A stretch of 64,000 nucleotides of DNA. It comes from Octopus sinensis. Lineage: Eukaryota. Every line of letters starts with the position of its first letter. The first letter of the stretch is position 1. The stretch covers positions 310,001 through 374,000 of the forward strand of contig NW_021832224.1 in NCBI RefSeq assembly GCF_006345805.1. Reading direction: 5' to 3'. Position numbers and translations under genes: made by a program. Below, piece by piece: positions 52,156 to 64,000 of the stretch. The notes under the pieces were generated by a model, which was not told where the DNA came from, ran no database searches, and was given only the letters and a program-made list of their open reading frames with translations.

Positions 52156-52494
52156 TATATTTATTAAGAAATCAAAAATCTAATAAATATATAATTTTTC
52201 TTAATATGTCAATTTTACTAGGAACTAATTGGTTTTTAACAAATATATCCTAATTTGTTAGTTGAGTTAATGATTCAATTCTATTACACAATGACAAAAT
52301 GAGATACACCATAAATACCGAAACATCTTCCTTCCATCAGAATCACATCATTACGAGTAGGGGTTGGGCATTTATAAGACCTTGTGGAAAAACTGATTAC
52401 ATAAGATGCTACAAAGGAAAAATACTTCCAAAAAATCATGCGGAATCTATCAGTAACAAAAACGAGAAATGACCGAATTAAAATTTGTGATATA

Positions 52495-54294
52495 CAGTCT
52501 AACCTCTTTTTGGGGCACCTAGTACCCCAAAAACAGGGGTTTCCCCAGATAGAGGGGTTTTCTAATATTAACGAAAAAAACTAACGTTTTGTTAATTTAA
52601 AACCAAAAGATGTTTATTCTTAATTTCATTTAACAATTTTAGTCTTTACTTGTCGGGAAATGATCCGTAATTTCGCTCCGAATTTGTACTTTTGAATTAA
52701 TCGATCCATTGTAACTTCTTAAAATTATAAAATTCATTAATATATCTCTGGAGCATGCTGAAAATTCCATCTTCCATTGCATTAATTGAAAAAATTAGTT
52801 CCTTGATAGATTGACATTTTATAACTCCGTCATATAATGCGTTGTCATTTTCTATACCAGAGATTTCTACTGATATAACTTCCTTGACAGTTTCTTCGAT
52901 TTTTTCTCCATTTATTTGATCAGATTATTTCGCATCATGTGTACGTTGCTCATTAATTTTATTCCAACAATTGTAATCGTTTCTTTAGTAACATTCATCC
53001 AAGCATCTTCAATTGCTAGCAAAACATTTCTCATATTTATATTGATAGGCCTTAAAGATTTTTTATCTACAGTGAATACCATTTAATATTAATTCTTTGC
53101 CTTCAAAAAAACATATGAATTTAACCAGTTCATGTGAGTAAAATGTTTTGAATGAGCGATTATTATTCCCATGTCAAGCGGTTGAAGGCGGAGTAGTATT
53201 TTTAGGCAAATATAAAAAATTTATATTGGAAAATCATCTGCTTTATGGCATCCTGCATTATCCAAATTAATAAAATATGTCTGTTATTCTCTTTCATTTG
53301 TTCATTTATCACATATAACCATGCATAAAAATATAACTTGTCATCCAAGCATTTTTTGAAGACATATATAATACATTATGCTGTTCAATATTAAAATTTT
53401 GTATTTTCCGATTACCAAAGGTTTCATTTTCTCACCAATTGAATTTGTACATAAAAGAACGGTAACTCTTTCTTTATTTTTTTGACACCACTAACAAATG
53501 TCCGTTAACTCTACGAAGGATCTACAGTCGGATTTTTTGACAAATAATCCAGTCTCATCGCAGTGAAGATATCCTTGCTGGAATATGCTTCCATGTGATT
53601 ATCATAAGTTTTAAAGAAGCTTTTCAGCATGGATGTGTCGCATGACTTTTTTTCACCAGAAATTGTTTTAAAAAAAGTTGATGCCGTTTCTTAAAACGAT
53701 AAGCCATCCATTGGAAGCTTTAAATTCTGGTAAATTTAAAATTTGAGCTGCTTTCTTGGCAGTAGATTGTAATAATGGTCCGGAAACTACTAAATTATCA
53801 TTTCTTAATCTATAGAAATTTATGCATACTTAATTATTACTTTTGAAATGAAGTAAAAACGACCTTGTCGAGAAATGAATGTTTATCACTATTATCGGGT
53901 TCTCTGAAGTCCTCAAAACCTTCACATCCATCAAAATTACATATTTCTCGTTTGATCTAGAAAGAGTCCCTTTGCTTGTCTTGAATTTGTTTAAAACTTG
54001 TCTTTCAGACATATTTTTCGTTTTTAAAGCCTTTGCAATCTCTAATTTGTCTTTGACAAAAATTCTCTTCGGCATAACAACAGAAACACGTTATTATTAG
54101 TTATTATAAAATAAAATTCAAAAATTATAACTAAAAAATAAATAAAATATTAAATGCCCCATAACGGGGTTTATCTTATAAAGAATAAACAGAAAAACTC
54201 CTAATAGAAATTCAAATTGCCCCAAAACCCGAGTGTGCCCCAAAACCCGAGGGTTGCCCCACGTCCGGGGTCGCCCCAATAAGGGGTTGCACTG
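52495..54294 (-). mobile_element. pogo/Tigger transposon with imperfect TIRs, decayed transposase
   Basis: TA|CAGTCTAACCTCTTTTTGGGGC...GCCCCAATAAGGGGTTGCACTG|TA; N-terminal CENP-B-like KDKLEIAK, KASNGW, IFTCDETGLF, DNAGCH, LQPLDMGII; inserted into an RTE-like remnant. Confidence 0.88.
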
Positions 54295-54760
54295 TATTGA
54301 AAGAATTTATTCAAAAAACTGCGAAAGAATCTATTGGAACGACGCATGTAAAAGCCACTAAAAACTTAATTTCAAATATTTCCGAGATTGAAAAAATCTT
54401 ATTTTCCAAAGCTGCCTGTTGAATCCGAATGTTGTCGATATGGCAAAAGAACAGGAAGCCATAGAACTGAAAATCGAAAACGCCAAAACGACCAAAAAGC
54501 AAAAAAAAACTCAAAAGGTAAGAGGCGGAACCTGAGTTGTTATTTTTGACCAAAAATAATTTTTTAAACCGATATTTCCTCTCTGGATAAACAAAGACCT
54601 ATTTCCATATCATTCTTTTGCAGACAGATGATATCAGCATTGTGACCTACCAAAATAGAAAACAAAAATAAAAATCAAATATTGTTGCACTTTATTCAGG
54701 TTACACCAATTTTAAGCGTTACACTTTGGCCTTGAATTTTTTTGGATATTGACATCTAAA

Positions 54761-55189
54761 GGCCCCTTTGGCTGTAGCTTAAGCTATGGATAATGGATCT
54801 GGACAGTCGTGGGCTCGAATCCGAAGGAGGCTAGTTTCATCTTGAAGTCAATTCTCGTTATCTTCCCCCTGGCCGCGAGGCAATGAGTACTTCTGGCACG
54901 ACACAATTGAAAAATGGGGATCTTTTGCCTTCATCCCGGTCTTAGCGTGGCGTAATGGGGTCTATCATGTCAGTTGGGATTTCCAGTCGGATATGGAAAC
55001 GCTCAGGAGGCACTTAATGGCTACCGAAAAAAAAACTTCTAGAACTCTGACCCTGGAACATCGTCGTCTTAGTCCGATCATTGTGGGCAGGATCGAACCT
55101 TTCAGAAGGACCTCCCTCGCTTGAATCGGGGATCACGGGGATTATAATTAACTGGCTTACCCTTGTCTTTTGGTCATTAAATAAATAAA
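54761..55189 (+). mobile_element. tRNA-derived SINE, copy 2
   Basis: GGCCCCTTTGGCTGTAG head, B-box-like GGCTCGAATCC at 54812-54822, TAAATAAATAA tail. Confidence 0.78.
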
Positions 55190-55944
55190 GTTAATTAACC
55201 ACGATTAATTCACTATCATTTTAAAAATTAAATTGTCCCTGTTAGAAACATGTACATTAAAAGTATGATTAAGACATTCCAAGAGTACAATGATATTATT
55301 TTATGTCTCAGCATCTGGGCTGGATGGCACAATGCAAAACACTACAAAATAAAAGCTTGAAACCTGAAAGCCCACATTTTTAGAAACATTTTTAATTAAA
55401 AATTTTTATTTTATTCTTATTAATAAAAATGTTAAGAAATGTTAACCTTCGACACTCTATGAGGTGAAAACTATTCCGGTGGTTTAACTAGGAATAAAGT
55501 TATCTTGAAATGCTTTAAATATCACATGATCATATCCACAATGATCATCAACCAAAATTTTATTAAAATGCAATAATTTAGATTTATTAGAAAGGCCAGT
55601 CTTTTCTTGTTAGAAGATTCAATACTTTGTACAAATGGTGAGGCTCATAAACGAGTTATTTCTCAGAACGACATTCAAACTATGAATATCGAATGCATGA
55701 AACAGCACTTGACCACTCATTATGAAATCAATAAACTGAAAGAATTTTTTGACAATTATTATTTCATATCAAAAGCTCTATTATACGTGAAATATGCTCC
55801 GAATGCACATCATGTGCATAAAGCTAACCTTAAAAGCTTAAATTCCTATGATTCACATTAAAGGAAAGTTTTCTCGAAAAAGAATTTAGATGTACTTGGT
55901 TGATTTAAGTCGATTCTTCCAAGCCAAAAATGGCTTTAAATTAC

Positions 55945-56100
55945 GGTTAAGGTAATGGTAAGGTTAGGTGATAGTTAGGACTAGGGTTGGGGATAGAGTT
56001 CGGTTAAATTAGGATCAAAATAGAGGTAGGGTTAGAGTTGGCGTTTGATAGGGATTTGGATTAGGGTTAGGATTTGGATATGGTTAGGGTTTGGCAAGAT
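55945..56100. repeat. degenerate TTAGGG-like tract
   Basis: GGTTAGG, CTAGGGTT, TAGGGTTAGAG, ATTAGGGTTAGG, GGTTAGGGTTT embedded in hexamer-periodic G/T-rich sequence. Confidence 0.6.
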
Positions 56101-56599
56101 TAAAACCAAAGTAGGATAGTCCTAATCGACAATTATGGCGACTCTACCTCCTCCTACGAGTTTAAATTTATGAATAGTTTCATTACAAAGAATAATTACA
56201 GCTCTTAATTAATGTCCAACATATAATATACTTTCTGACTAGTTTTGAACCATTTCTGACTAGTTTAAAGGACTTTTCTGTAATATTGGATGTTAACATA
56301 GAATATAAAATATCCTTCTTTCGAGGATGTCTGCTAACATACCGTTGGATCGAATATTCAGAGAAATATAAGAAAGAACTCAACGAATTAATACTAAATC
56401 CACAAAAAGTGAATTTGGAAGTTTTAAATGTCTGTTTCTCGTGAATTTTCAATAATTTTGTAAGATTTCTTATTAATCGACAAGGAGCGACCATCCCTGA
56501 AAGCATGTGATAAAATTTAATATTAAATGAGAAAAGATACCAAAAATGTGGATATTTCAGAAACTAAGATGTTTCTACATTTTTCTTCGATTAGAACTT

Positions 56600-56960
56600 T
56601 CATTTCCAAAGGCGAATTCTGATCGAAATTGTTAAACTTTGTAGCCGAGATGACATTTGAAAAAAGTACAATTCAAAAGAGGTAAGGTTAGTGGATTCAA
56701 TGTGAATATTCTGCAATGGTCTGTGAAAATTTTTGAATTTTATGAGAAGTTTATTAGAATCTGATTGTTTCATGACAGATTGGCAGGAGAGAGTGTCAAG
56801 TAATTATGAGTTTGCCAAATAGTGGTGTTATCTGGGTAAAGCTAGAGGTTGGCAGAAGCTTAAGTGATTAGATGTATGGACAGTATGATGATGACGTCTG
56901 CATAGGATAGAAGCAGGGTGTTATTTTTTCAGGAATGTCACTATGCTCCTAAGAGGTCCC
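56600..56960 (-). mobile_element. old LINE RT remnant
   Basis: LLSYADVII (YADD-like motif) and surrounding context, many stops. Confidence 0.5.
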
Positions 56961-57669
56961 CTTCGATTAAAAAAATTTTAACATCCGTATGTAATCTATT
57001 GTCAAGAAATTGTCTAACAATTTGTTAAAATCGAAAATAATGCTGGGTCTATTAAGAAAGTTAATTCAAGACGATTTTAACAAATTTTAATAATACACAA
57101 AGTGAACGTCCTCTTTACGAGGAGGCGATAGTCAATAGTCAAAGAAAAAAGTTTGAAGTTACCCTCCCTCCTTTTCCAACATTGACTAACGGCTTGTCTT
57201 AATGCCAGCCTATATCCATCAAGCAGTGTATTGATTACGTATCAGATACCTTCTTCTTTGATCTACACCGTTTTGGGATCAATTATTCGAAATGAGATGT
57301 CAAACGTCATTATTGTGGTTTATTGCTGTGTTGTGTTGTGGTGGCGTTGCGGAGTAGCAACTCTTTTATGTATTCTGTCAGGTTGTGTATTAAAAATCCT
57401 AAACTTGGTAATTTGACAATCATTAACATATTCAATGGAATAGATTGTGTTAGAAGAGCGAGGATATTAATTTCAAACAAGAAAATTCGAAAGTGTCGAT
57501 AATTGTACGTGTGTCAAACACCTCTTTTGATTCAATTGAGGTAGCCAATATCATCTGTAATTCGAAAACTGCCCTCAAGGCGAGAATCTCCCGTCGCTTT
57601 GATGGCTCATACGAACTTGTCTTTAATTCGGAACTGGATTTCGTGTCTTTTAAAAACGATTTGTTAATT

Positions 57670-58182
57670 TTAAAGACTCCAGCAAACAAGGGACAAAATA
57701 TTCACATAATTGGAGCCATTAATGAGAACAAATTAATATATTGGGAACGAAGACGCTGACATTTTAAAAAAGAGGATTGCCAGCAATGGTTCAGAGATAT
57801 GATCAGAAGTACAAATGAAAAATATTCAGAAATTTGTATTGTGATAGACAACGCACCGGTACATTCACAGTTAGAGAAAATGATCGGAGAAGAATTTCGA
57901 GATATTGAAATTATAAGATTGGGACCTTACAGTGCACCATTAAATCCAATAGAGGAATGCTGGAGCGTGCTTAAGGGTGAATTAAAAAGAAAAATAGCGA
58001 CAACTGATTTTTTTAATTACAAAAAATGGACCCACCAAAAAAGAAATCAGGCTAAGAATTTTAGAAAGTTGCATAGACACTTGTATTTCTGCTATAACAC
58101 CAAGAATTTGCTCACGTGCATGCAATCATGTTCAGAAACATTTTCCAAGTATTATGGAGATAAACGATTTAACTCACGATGA
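57670..58182 (+). mobile_element. Tc1/IS630-like transposase fragment
   Basis: KGQNIHIIGAI, IVIDNAPVH, LGPYSAPLNPIEECWSVLK; one internal stop. Confidence 0.82.
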
Positions 58183-60049
58183 CAAAATTTAGCAACTTAA
58201 CATTATAAAAGCATTCTTTCACTAATGTGCAGAAAAAATTAAAGAATATTTATATTCTGGACTGTTGAAATCACAATTCGAATATTTGATATCACGAAAA
58301 AATATAGGAACGGACGTTTGACATCTCAGTTCAAATATTAGAAAACACAATAATGAAGTTTGACATCACGGTTCGGATATTCGATACCAAAAAGGTGTAT
58401 AATTACTAGAATGTTTTCAGTAGTTATGAGAGTAATCCCTCAACAGCGTCTTTCTGAATCGACTCAAGCTGCTTGTCAATTTTCGCTCAATGCATGATGT
58501 ACTTGATCCTCAGGGCATATCAGAATCATGAGTTTGATCCAGACATTCAGCAAGCCCTCAACACATACAGAATCTTAAATATAAGTGATCTCCCTTTTCC
58601 AGATTATTTCTTTCGGTCCTCACACCAAGTTAGGATCTTTCCAATCACACGGAAATGAACATCTCTTCGTGCCAACAATTCAACTTGAGCCTTCTGGGCG
58701 TGAGGTGCTTTTAATGATCTCTTTCACTTCCCCGTCTTTATGTACGATGGTGATGAGAAGCCAGACTCGGCTCGAAGATGCAATATATCGTTACCGTCAG
58801 CCCATCCTTCTTATCAGAATCTTCCCAATAAAAAACGCGATCTTTGGTCCCGAAACAGTACATTGGAAAGCATGATCATGTCATATCGAAACATAATCGA
58901 GTCATTTCAGAAAAAAATTGTATAAAAAATCCGACAAGTGAAAATATATTTGAATTAAAAAAGATTAGATTGTTGTCAAATATTACCAATTAGATTGCAG
59001 AATATCGAATATAATAAGAGATTCTACAATCGGAAATTCAATTAATCAATTTTAATACAAATACTAACCACGAATATAAAGAGAAAAAAATCAAAATAAA
59101 CATAAAACATTAAAAAAATTCATCACAAACAAGAACAACAAATCAGCAACGTGCTTATAATGTAACCATTTGTTTACCAGATGATATAAATGCTCACAAT
59201 CTAATCTTAATTTTATTATAATATAGTTTAAATTATTTTACAGAGAATTAGGTTTTTTCAGAAAATTTTTTTATTATAATTAATCATTTATCACGTTCTA
59301 TTTCATTTTCCATATAAATAGAATTAAGACCAAACTATTTGTCGATTTGGGTCATCTTCTCGCGATGGAAAATTATAGTTTATCGTCGGATTAACTACCA
59401 AAAGACACACAATCACTCTCTGTCGGATTATATGTCTTCTGTGATGTTGGTGGCTGCGAAACCGTTGCTCTCGAAGCCGTTACTACTTCCTCAGTTTTTT
59501 TCATCCGTTCTTATAAACGTCGTTTTTTATAGAAAAATTTAATGCGCAACTTCAAGATTTAAATTACCTGATACAAGCGAGTCACTTTCGAATCAGTTGG
59601 GAGAAGACTTTAAAGTGATTAATAAGTTTTTTGATTATTTTAATTAAGTTTTGATTGGATTTCCTTGAGGTCATACCCCAACTCATACAAACTAATGAAG
59701 AGATTAGATCCTGTTTATATTTTAATAAATCATTATTTTGATGCAATATCGAGAATCCGTTTACTTTTTCTAAACTTTCTGATAAGGAAAAGAGAATACT
59801 GTGTATCGGAATTTTTATGTATTTGGGAAAAATCATTTCAATTTGTATTCCGGATGAAATCTTTAGACAAGGTTTAAATTCATATATTTTTTAGGCATAT
59901 TCTTTGTATGAAAATATTCCAGACTTGACAGAAATCATAAATGCTGGGTTTATTGATTACTATTTTACTTTTAGCGTCAACTGAAGCTATTTCATTTAAA
60001 TTTGGAGAGCTTGAAAAATCTTATAATATCATTAAAAAATCAAAGTTCC

Positions 60050-60720
60050 ATAAAGGAAAAGTCGGATGACTCATACAGATTCATAAAAATATACGATTAC
60101 AAGAACAGCACGTGTTTATAGGTGGTTTTAGGTTTCACTTGCGCCAACCGCACAGAGAACTTTTAAGAGATAAAAAGAAATTTGGGAGACCAAATGCAAA
60201 TACAATATGGAGACATGGATCTGTGCCATATGTCAAAAATTTGAAATGGCAACCACAATATTAAGCATGGATATAAGCAAGACATTTGAGACGACGCAGA
60301 GACAAGCTAATGGAAGTCCTCAAAACTATTCTTGACGATGACTCGATCAGAATGAGCACTTCTATATACACCGAGTTGATTGTGAAGATAGGGCCCATAG
60401 AATCAAGGTCTTTTAAACAAATATTGGAACGTCCCAAAGTGATTTGACATCGCTTATACTATTCATTTTCTATCTTGAAGCTGCACTAAGAGATCTGAGA
60501 AAACAAGTGAAGACTGAGTCAATAACAGAAGTGATATATGCCGAATAGACTTTCTATCTCATGTTAAGTCGACATTTGAAGAACTGCTCAACATTCCTCC
60601 TCATGCACTTAAAAAATGATTCTTAAAAGTGAACACGGACAAAACTAAGTATGTAACAATCAACCGAGAGGCAAAAATGGCGGAACAACTTGGAACGTTC
60701 CTAGGTCAGGCATAGGGACT
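60050..60720 (+). mobile_element. RTE-like LINE remnant (family of 44560-45900)
   Basis: KLMEVLKTILDDDSIR, LIVKIGPIES, LEAALRDLR, EVIYA, with frameshifts. Confidence 0.7.
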
Positions 60721-61340
60721 TGGTTGACCATGTCACATACTACAACTCGACCCAGATGCTTATACTAACTGCGAAATGGAATCATATCACACGTTTCGAG
60801 GATGTATACAAACAACATTATCTACTGTTATCTCAAAAGACCTTAAAATATAGCTAAAATTGGTAACAACCTTGATACTCTCAGGAGTATAGCATGCAAC
60901 CGCGCATCCTGAAGAAATGTAATCAAAACAGTAATCTCATGTTTAGTATATGTGGAACTTAATTAGTTTTTTTACATTATACTTCCATGATAAGCAAATA
61001 ATAATGTAATTGGTCATGAAAAAGCAACAAAGTAGGTCAGATCTCAGGACTTCTTTATTTTGTTAAGGCACTTCCCGATGGATTTAAAACTTCGCCAAAG
61101 ACAACAGGGAGGGCTGTAAATCCCGATGTTTCCAAGTAATCTAGGAGTATTCATGTCAATCCTCAGGATGCGACACGTTTTTTCAAAATGTAAATCAAAC
61201 ACATTTATTATGGAATTTTTATACATTATGAACTATCCAGAATTCTATTCTAAATACTTTAAATTAATTAGTACCGTTGACAAACATTAGTAATATATAA
61301 CTATCAAAAACTAAATTAAATACATAATTAATATTATAAA

Positions 61341-62303
61341 ATGAACAAATTATACTTTAGTGGTTTGCGGTCAAGCTTTATGGCCTTGAACATATCTAAA
61401 CGAGTTGATCTGAACGACGGAACAAGAATCCCCCTTTTTGGATTGGGGACATTCAGAGCCGACGATTCAGCAGTATCCGAGGCTGTCATTAGTGCCACTA
61501 ATATCGGATACCGCCTTATTGATACTGCAGAATATTATGGGTTAGAATACAAAATTGACCATTTCTAGAAACGAATTCGGTGTGGGGTCGGGAATCGCCA
61601 AATCTGGGATCCCTCGGGAGGAAATTTACGTGGTCACCAAACTTTGGGAAAAGGGCAGGAAAATTTGTCTCACCAACATTTCTCAAAGTCTGAAGAAGTA
61701 AAAAGTGACTAATACTGGTAGACTGGGCATGGACTACGTCGATTTGTACCTCATCCACCACCCTTTAGGCGGAAAGGTCATTGAGACATACAAATGTCTT
61801 GTGGAACTTCAAGAGAAGGGACTGGTCAAATCTATTGGAGTCTCCAACTTTGGAGTTGCCCACTTGGAGAGACTGAGGACAGCTAATTTGCCAACTCCCG
61901 CAGTAAATCAGATCGAGCTCCACCCATGGCAACAGAAAGTGGAGATTGTGGAGTATTGTCGTGAACATGGAATAGTGCCAATGGGGTACTCTCCTTTGGC
62001 GAAGGGGACCAGATTGAGTGACCCACAATTGGTCGAGATTGCTCACAAGTAATTGCTTTTTCTACGTGAGGTATGGCAAGACCGCGTCACAGATCTTGCT
62101 GAGGTGGAGTCTCCAGTCCGGGTTTGTGACTATTCCCAAATCAGCAAACTGTGACAGGATCACTGAAAACAGTCAGGTTTTTGATTTTGAGCTGTGCCCG
62201 AGTGATATGGCTATTCTGGTTTATTATTCTTCAATATTTGTAGAACGCCTTTTCGCAGATTTCGTGTACGTGGAATCCAACAAATGAGCCCTGGACTGAC
62301 TGA
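61341..62303 (+). CDS. aldo-keto reductase (AKR5/2,5-DKG-reductase/PGF-synthase-like), ~287 aa, 4 introns
   Basis: [65 protein letters not shown]; introns 28,24,22,25 nt; the start may instead be the ATG at 61380. Confidence 0.93.
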
Positions 62304-62556
62304 TCAGTTTATTCTTTGTTTTTGATGTAATTCCTTATTTAATGAGGGAATATAATATCAGGCTGATCCACTCCACGAAAGTTATTTCGATGGTCTGCGT
62401 AGGTCTGTACGAGAACTTTGAGGTTGTGTCAGTGAAGGAGCGGGAGAGAATATCTTTCAGGCTGCCCACTTCCGCTCCAAAAAACCTTCGAAAAGTTTTG
62501 GTTTAACTCCTTAAAAAATTGTTGGATCTTTAGTGATTATTTTGGTGTACTTAAGG

Positions 62557-62931
62557 ATTACAAATAATAACAATTTACTTGTGTTCGATGTACTAAGTTA
62601 GGTTATCCAATTAAGTCGTGTCAGACCTTTGGGTATTTTCCACCAGAAGTGAGTGCAACCTGCAGGCTATGAACCTCTCCAGGTTGGCCCAAGAACTCGA
62701 ACGGAGGTCAAAATATCCTGGAACCCTTTGAGGAACTGGTTCGGAGTTCGTGCAATAGAGACAGATGGTCGCTCCCAATATCGGGCAATAAAATCGTTTT
62801 ACTAATTCAATTTAGCATTCCAGGACTGACCAGAGCCATAAACTTTTACAATTACAAATAATAGTAATTTACTTGTGTTCGATGTACTAAGTTAGGTTAT
62901 TCAATTATGTCGTGTTAACCCTTGGAGATTT
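62557..62931. repeat. ~80-bp direct repeats (62557-62640, 62851-62931) around ~210 bp
   Basis: ATTACAAATAAT..AATTTACTTGTGTTCGATGTACTAAGTTAGGTTAT.CAATTA.GTCGTGT is shared by both. Confidence 0.7.
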
Positions 62932-62939
62932 TATAATTC

Positions 62940-63480
62940 AATTTTCTTTACCGTTCCCGGTCATTCGCAATTTCGAGAAGCCTTGATAAAGCCACTTTCG
63001 TGACGTCTTCTTCCGTTGATAGGCATCGGGTTTTCGGTTGACCGGGGTTTCTCTTCCTAGAGATATTGTTCAGCATAATGGTTTTTTTCAGAGCGGGCGA
63101 CATGTCTAAAGAATGCCATCTGTGTTTTACGATTTTTCCTTTAAGGGAGATGCTCGTATTCACCCGCTAAAGTATATCGATGTTTGTTATTTTTGACGTC
63201 CAAAGTGAACTCCTCTAGCATCAAAGTTCAAATGCATCAATTTTTTGTCTATTTGTTTTTTTTCAGTATCCATGTTTCAGCGCCGTATAAAAAAACCGGG
63301 AACACGGTTCTATTGAACATTCTGCATTTGGTCCGTAAGCAAATATCTCTGATTTTCCATATTCTGTTCATTTTCAGGAAAGCACTCCGTCCTATAACAA
63401 TTCGCCTCTCTATTTCCAAGCTTCTGTCACCGTTCCAATTAATTAGCCATCCCAGAAAGACAACATTTTCCTAACTCTCG
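62940..63480 (-). mobile_element. RTE-type LINE 3' fragment
   Basis: PVFLYGAETW, DALEV, KRNPGQPKTR..LEIANDRERW. Confidence 0.8.
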
Positions 63481-64000
63481 ATTTTCTCATTCCCATTTTT
63501 AGTTCCGTCGGGCCGAGGGGTCCTTGCATTTGAGTGTATCCAAGATCGCAGGGTTGGTCGGCAATAATGTGTCGTCGTTGGAAATAATTCGGAGAGCTCC
63601 CTGGCATTCTCCTACTATGAATTTACGAGCGACTTCTTTTCTGACCCAATTTTTCTCTTTCCGCAAACGTGGGCGATTAACTTTGTCGTGCCCGCAGAGC
63701 TAATCAATTAAATCCTTAATAGGGCCTTCCAGAAGGGATTTTAGATTCATTTTAATTGCAGAACCCGAAGATTTGAGATTTGTCGAAGAGTTTTCAGAAT
63801 TTCCAAGTCCAAGGAGTGCAAAACAGAACAGATGGATCCAGGATTCTGTGTAGCATAACTGAACTACCCTTTTAACAACATTGTTAAGGCACAAAGCTGA
63901 AGAAATTTTGAAGAATTTTGCGATTTTTAATGGAATCTTTCTGGATTTTCGAATAGAAGAGAGCAACAAAATAATCAAATCTTTATCTGTGATCAAGAGT

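Noticed and set aside
54761-54830. tRNA gene
   Set aside because: Has A/B boxes but no convincing cloverleaf or acceptor stem, and continues into a shared 350-bp body; treated as a SINE head
57493-58182. Bacterial IS630 or contamination
   Set aside because: Tc1/IS630-type DDE transposases are common in eukaryotes, and the flanks are eukaryotic repeats
59300-60050. Possible host gene on the minus strand
   Set aside because: No recognisable motif and no self-consistent micro-intron model
63700-63996. 98-aa ORF at the window edge
   Set aside because: No recognisable motif, and it is truncated by the window boundary

Overview
AT-rich eukaryotic (metazoan) genomic DNA, with no prokaryotic operons or CRISPR. 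Eight host genes can be rebuilt by hand once very short GT-AG introns are removed (40 introns, 22-35 nt by my count). They are enolase, a Twist-family bHLH, tubulin-folding cofactor B, TIM13, a miniature SRRM1 (PWI + short RS), a reprolysin/C-type-lectin-like surface protease, 60S acidic protein P1 and an aldo-keto reductase. There is also a decayed TOM40 copy. These genes sit as compact islands among nested mobile DNA: CRE-like and R4/Dong-like REL retrotransposons, jockey/I-like and RTE-like LINEs, hAT, pogo/Tigger, Tc1/IS630-like and Ginger-like remnants, and a tRNA-derived SINE. Animal genes with ~27-nt introns point to a dicyemid-like parasite, but this is inference only. The most notable observations are: (1) a full-length PHD-RT-REL CRE-like element with a nucleotide-exact twin-priming-type 5' inversion; (2) a TIR element carrying a variant telomere array, inserted just upstream of the protease gene, whose empty site survives in a nearby duplication; (3) the protease architecture itself; (4) stop-free in-frame micro-introns; and (5) a ~28.2-34.8 kb region re-copied as a mosaic at 39.2-41.8 kb. 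All calls come from manual reading and motif recall; no database search was run.
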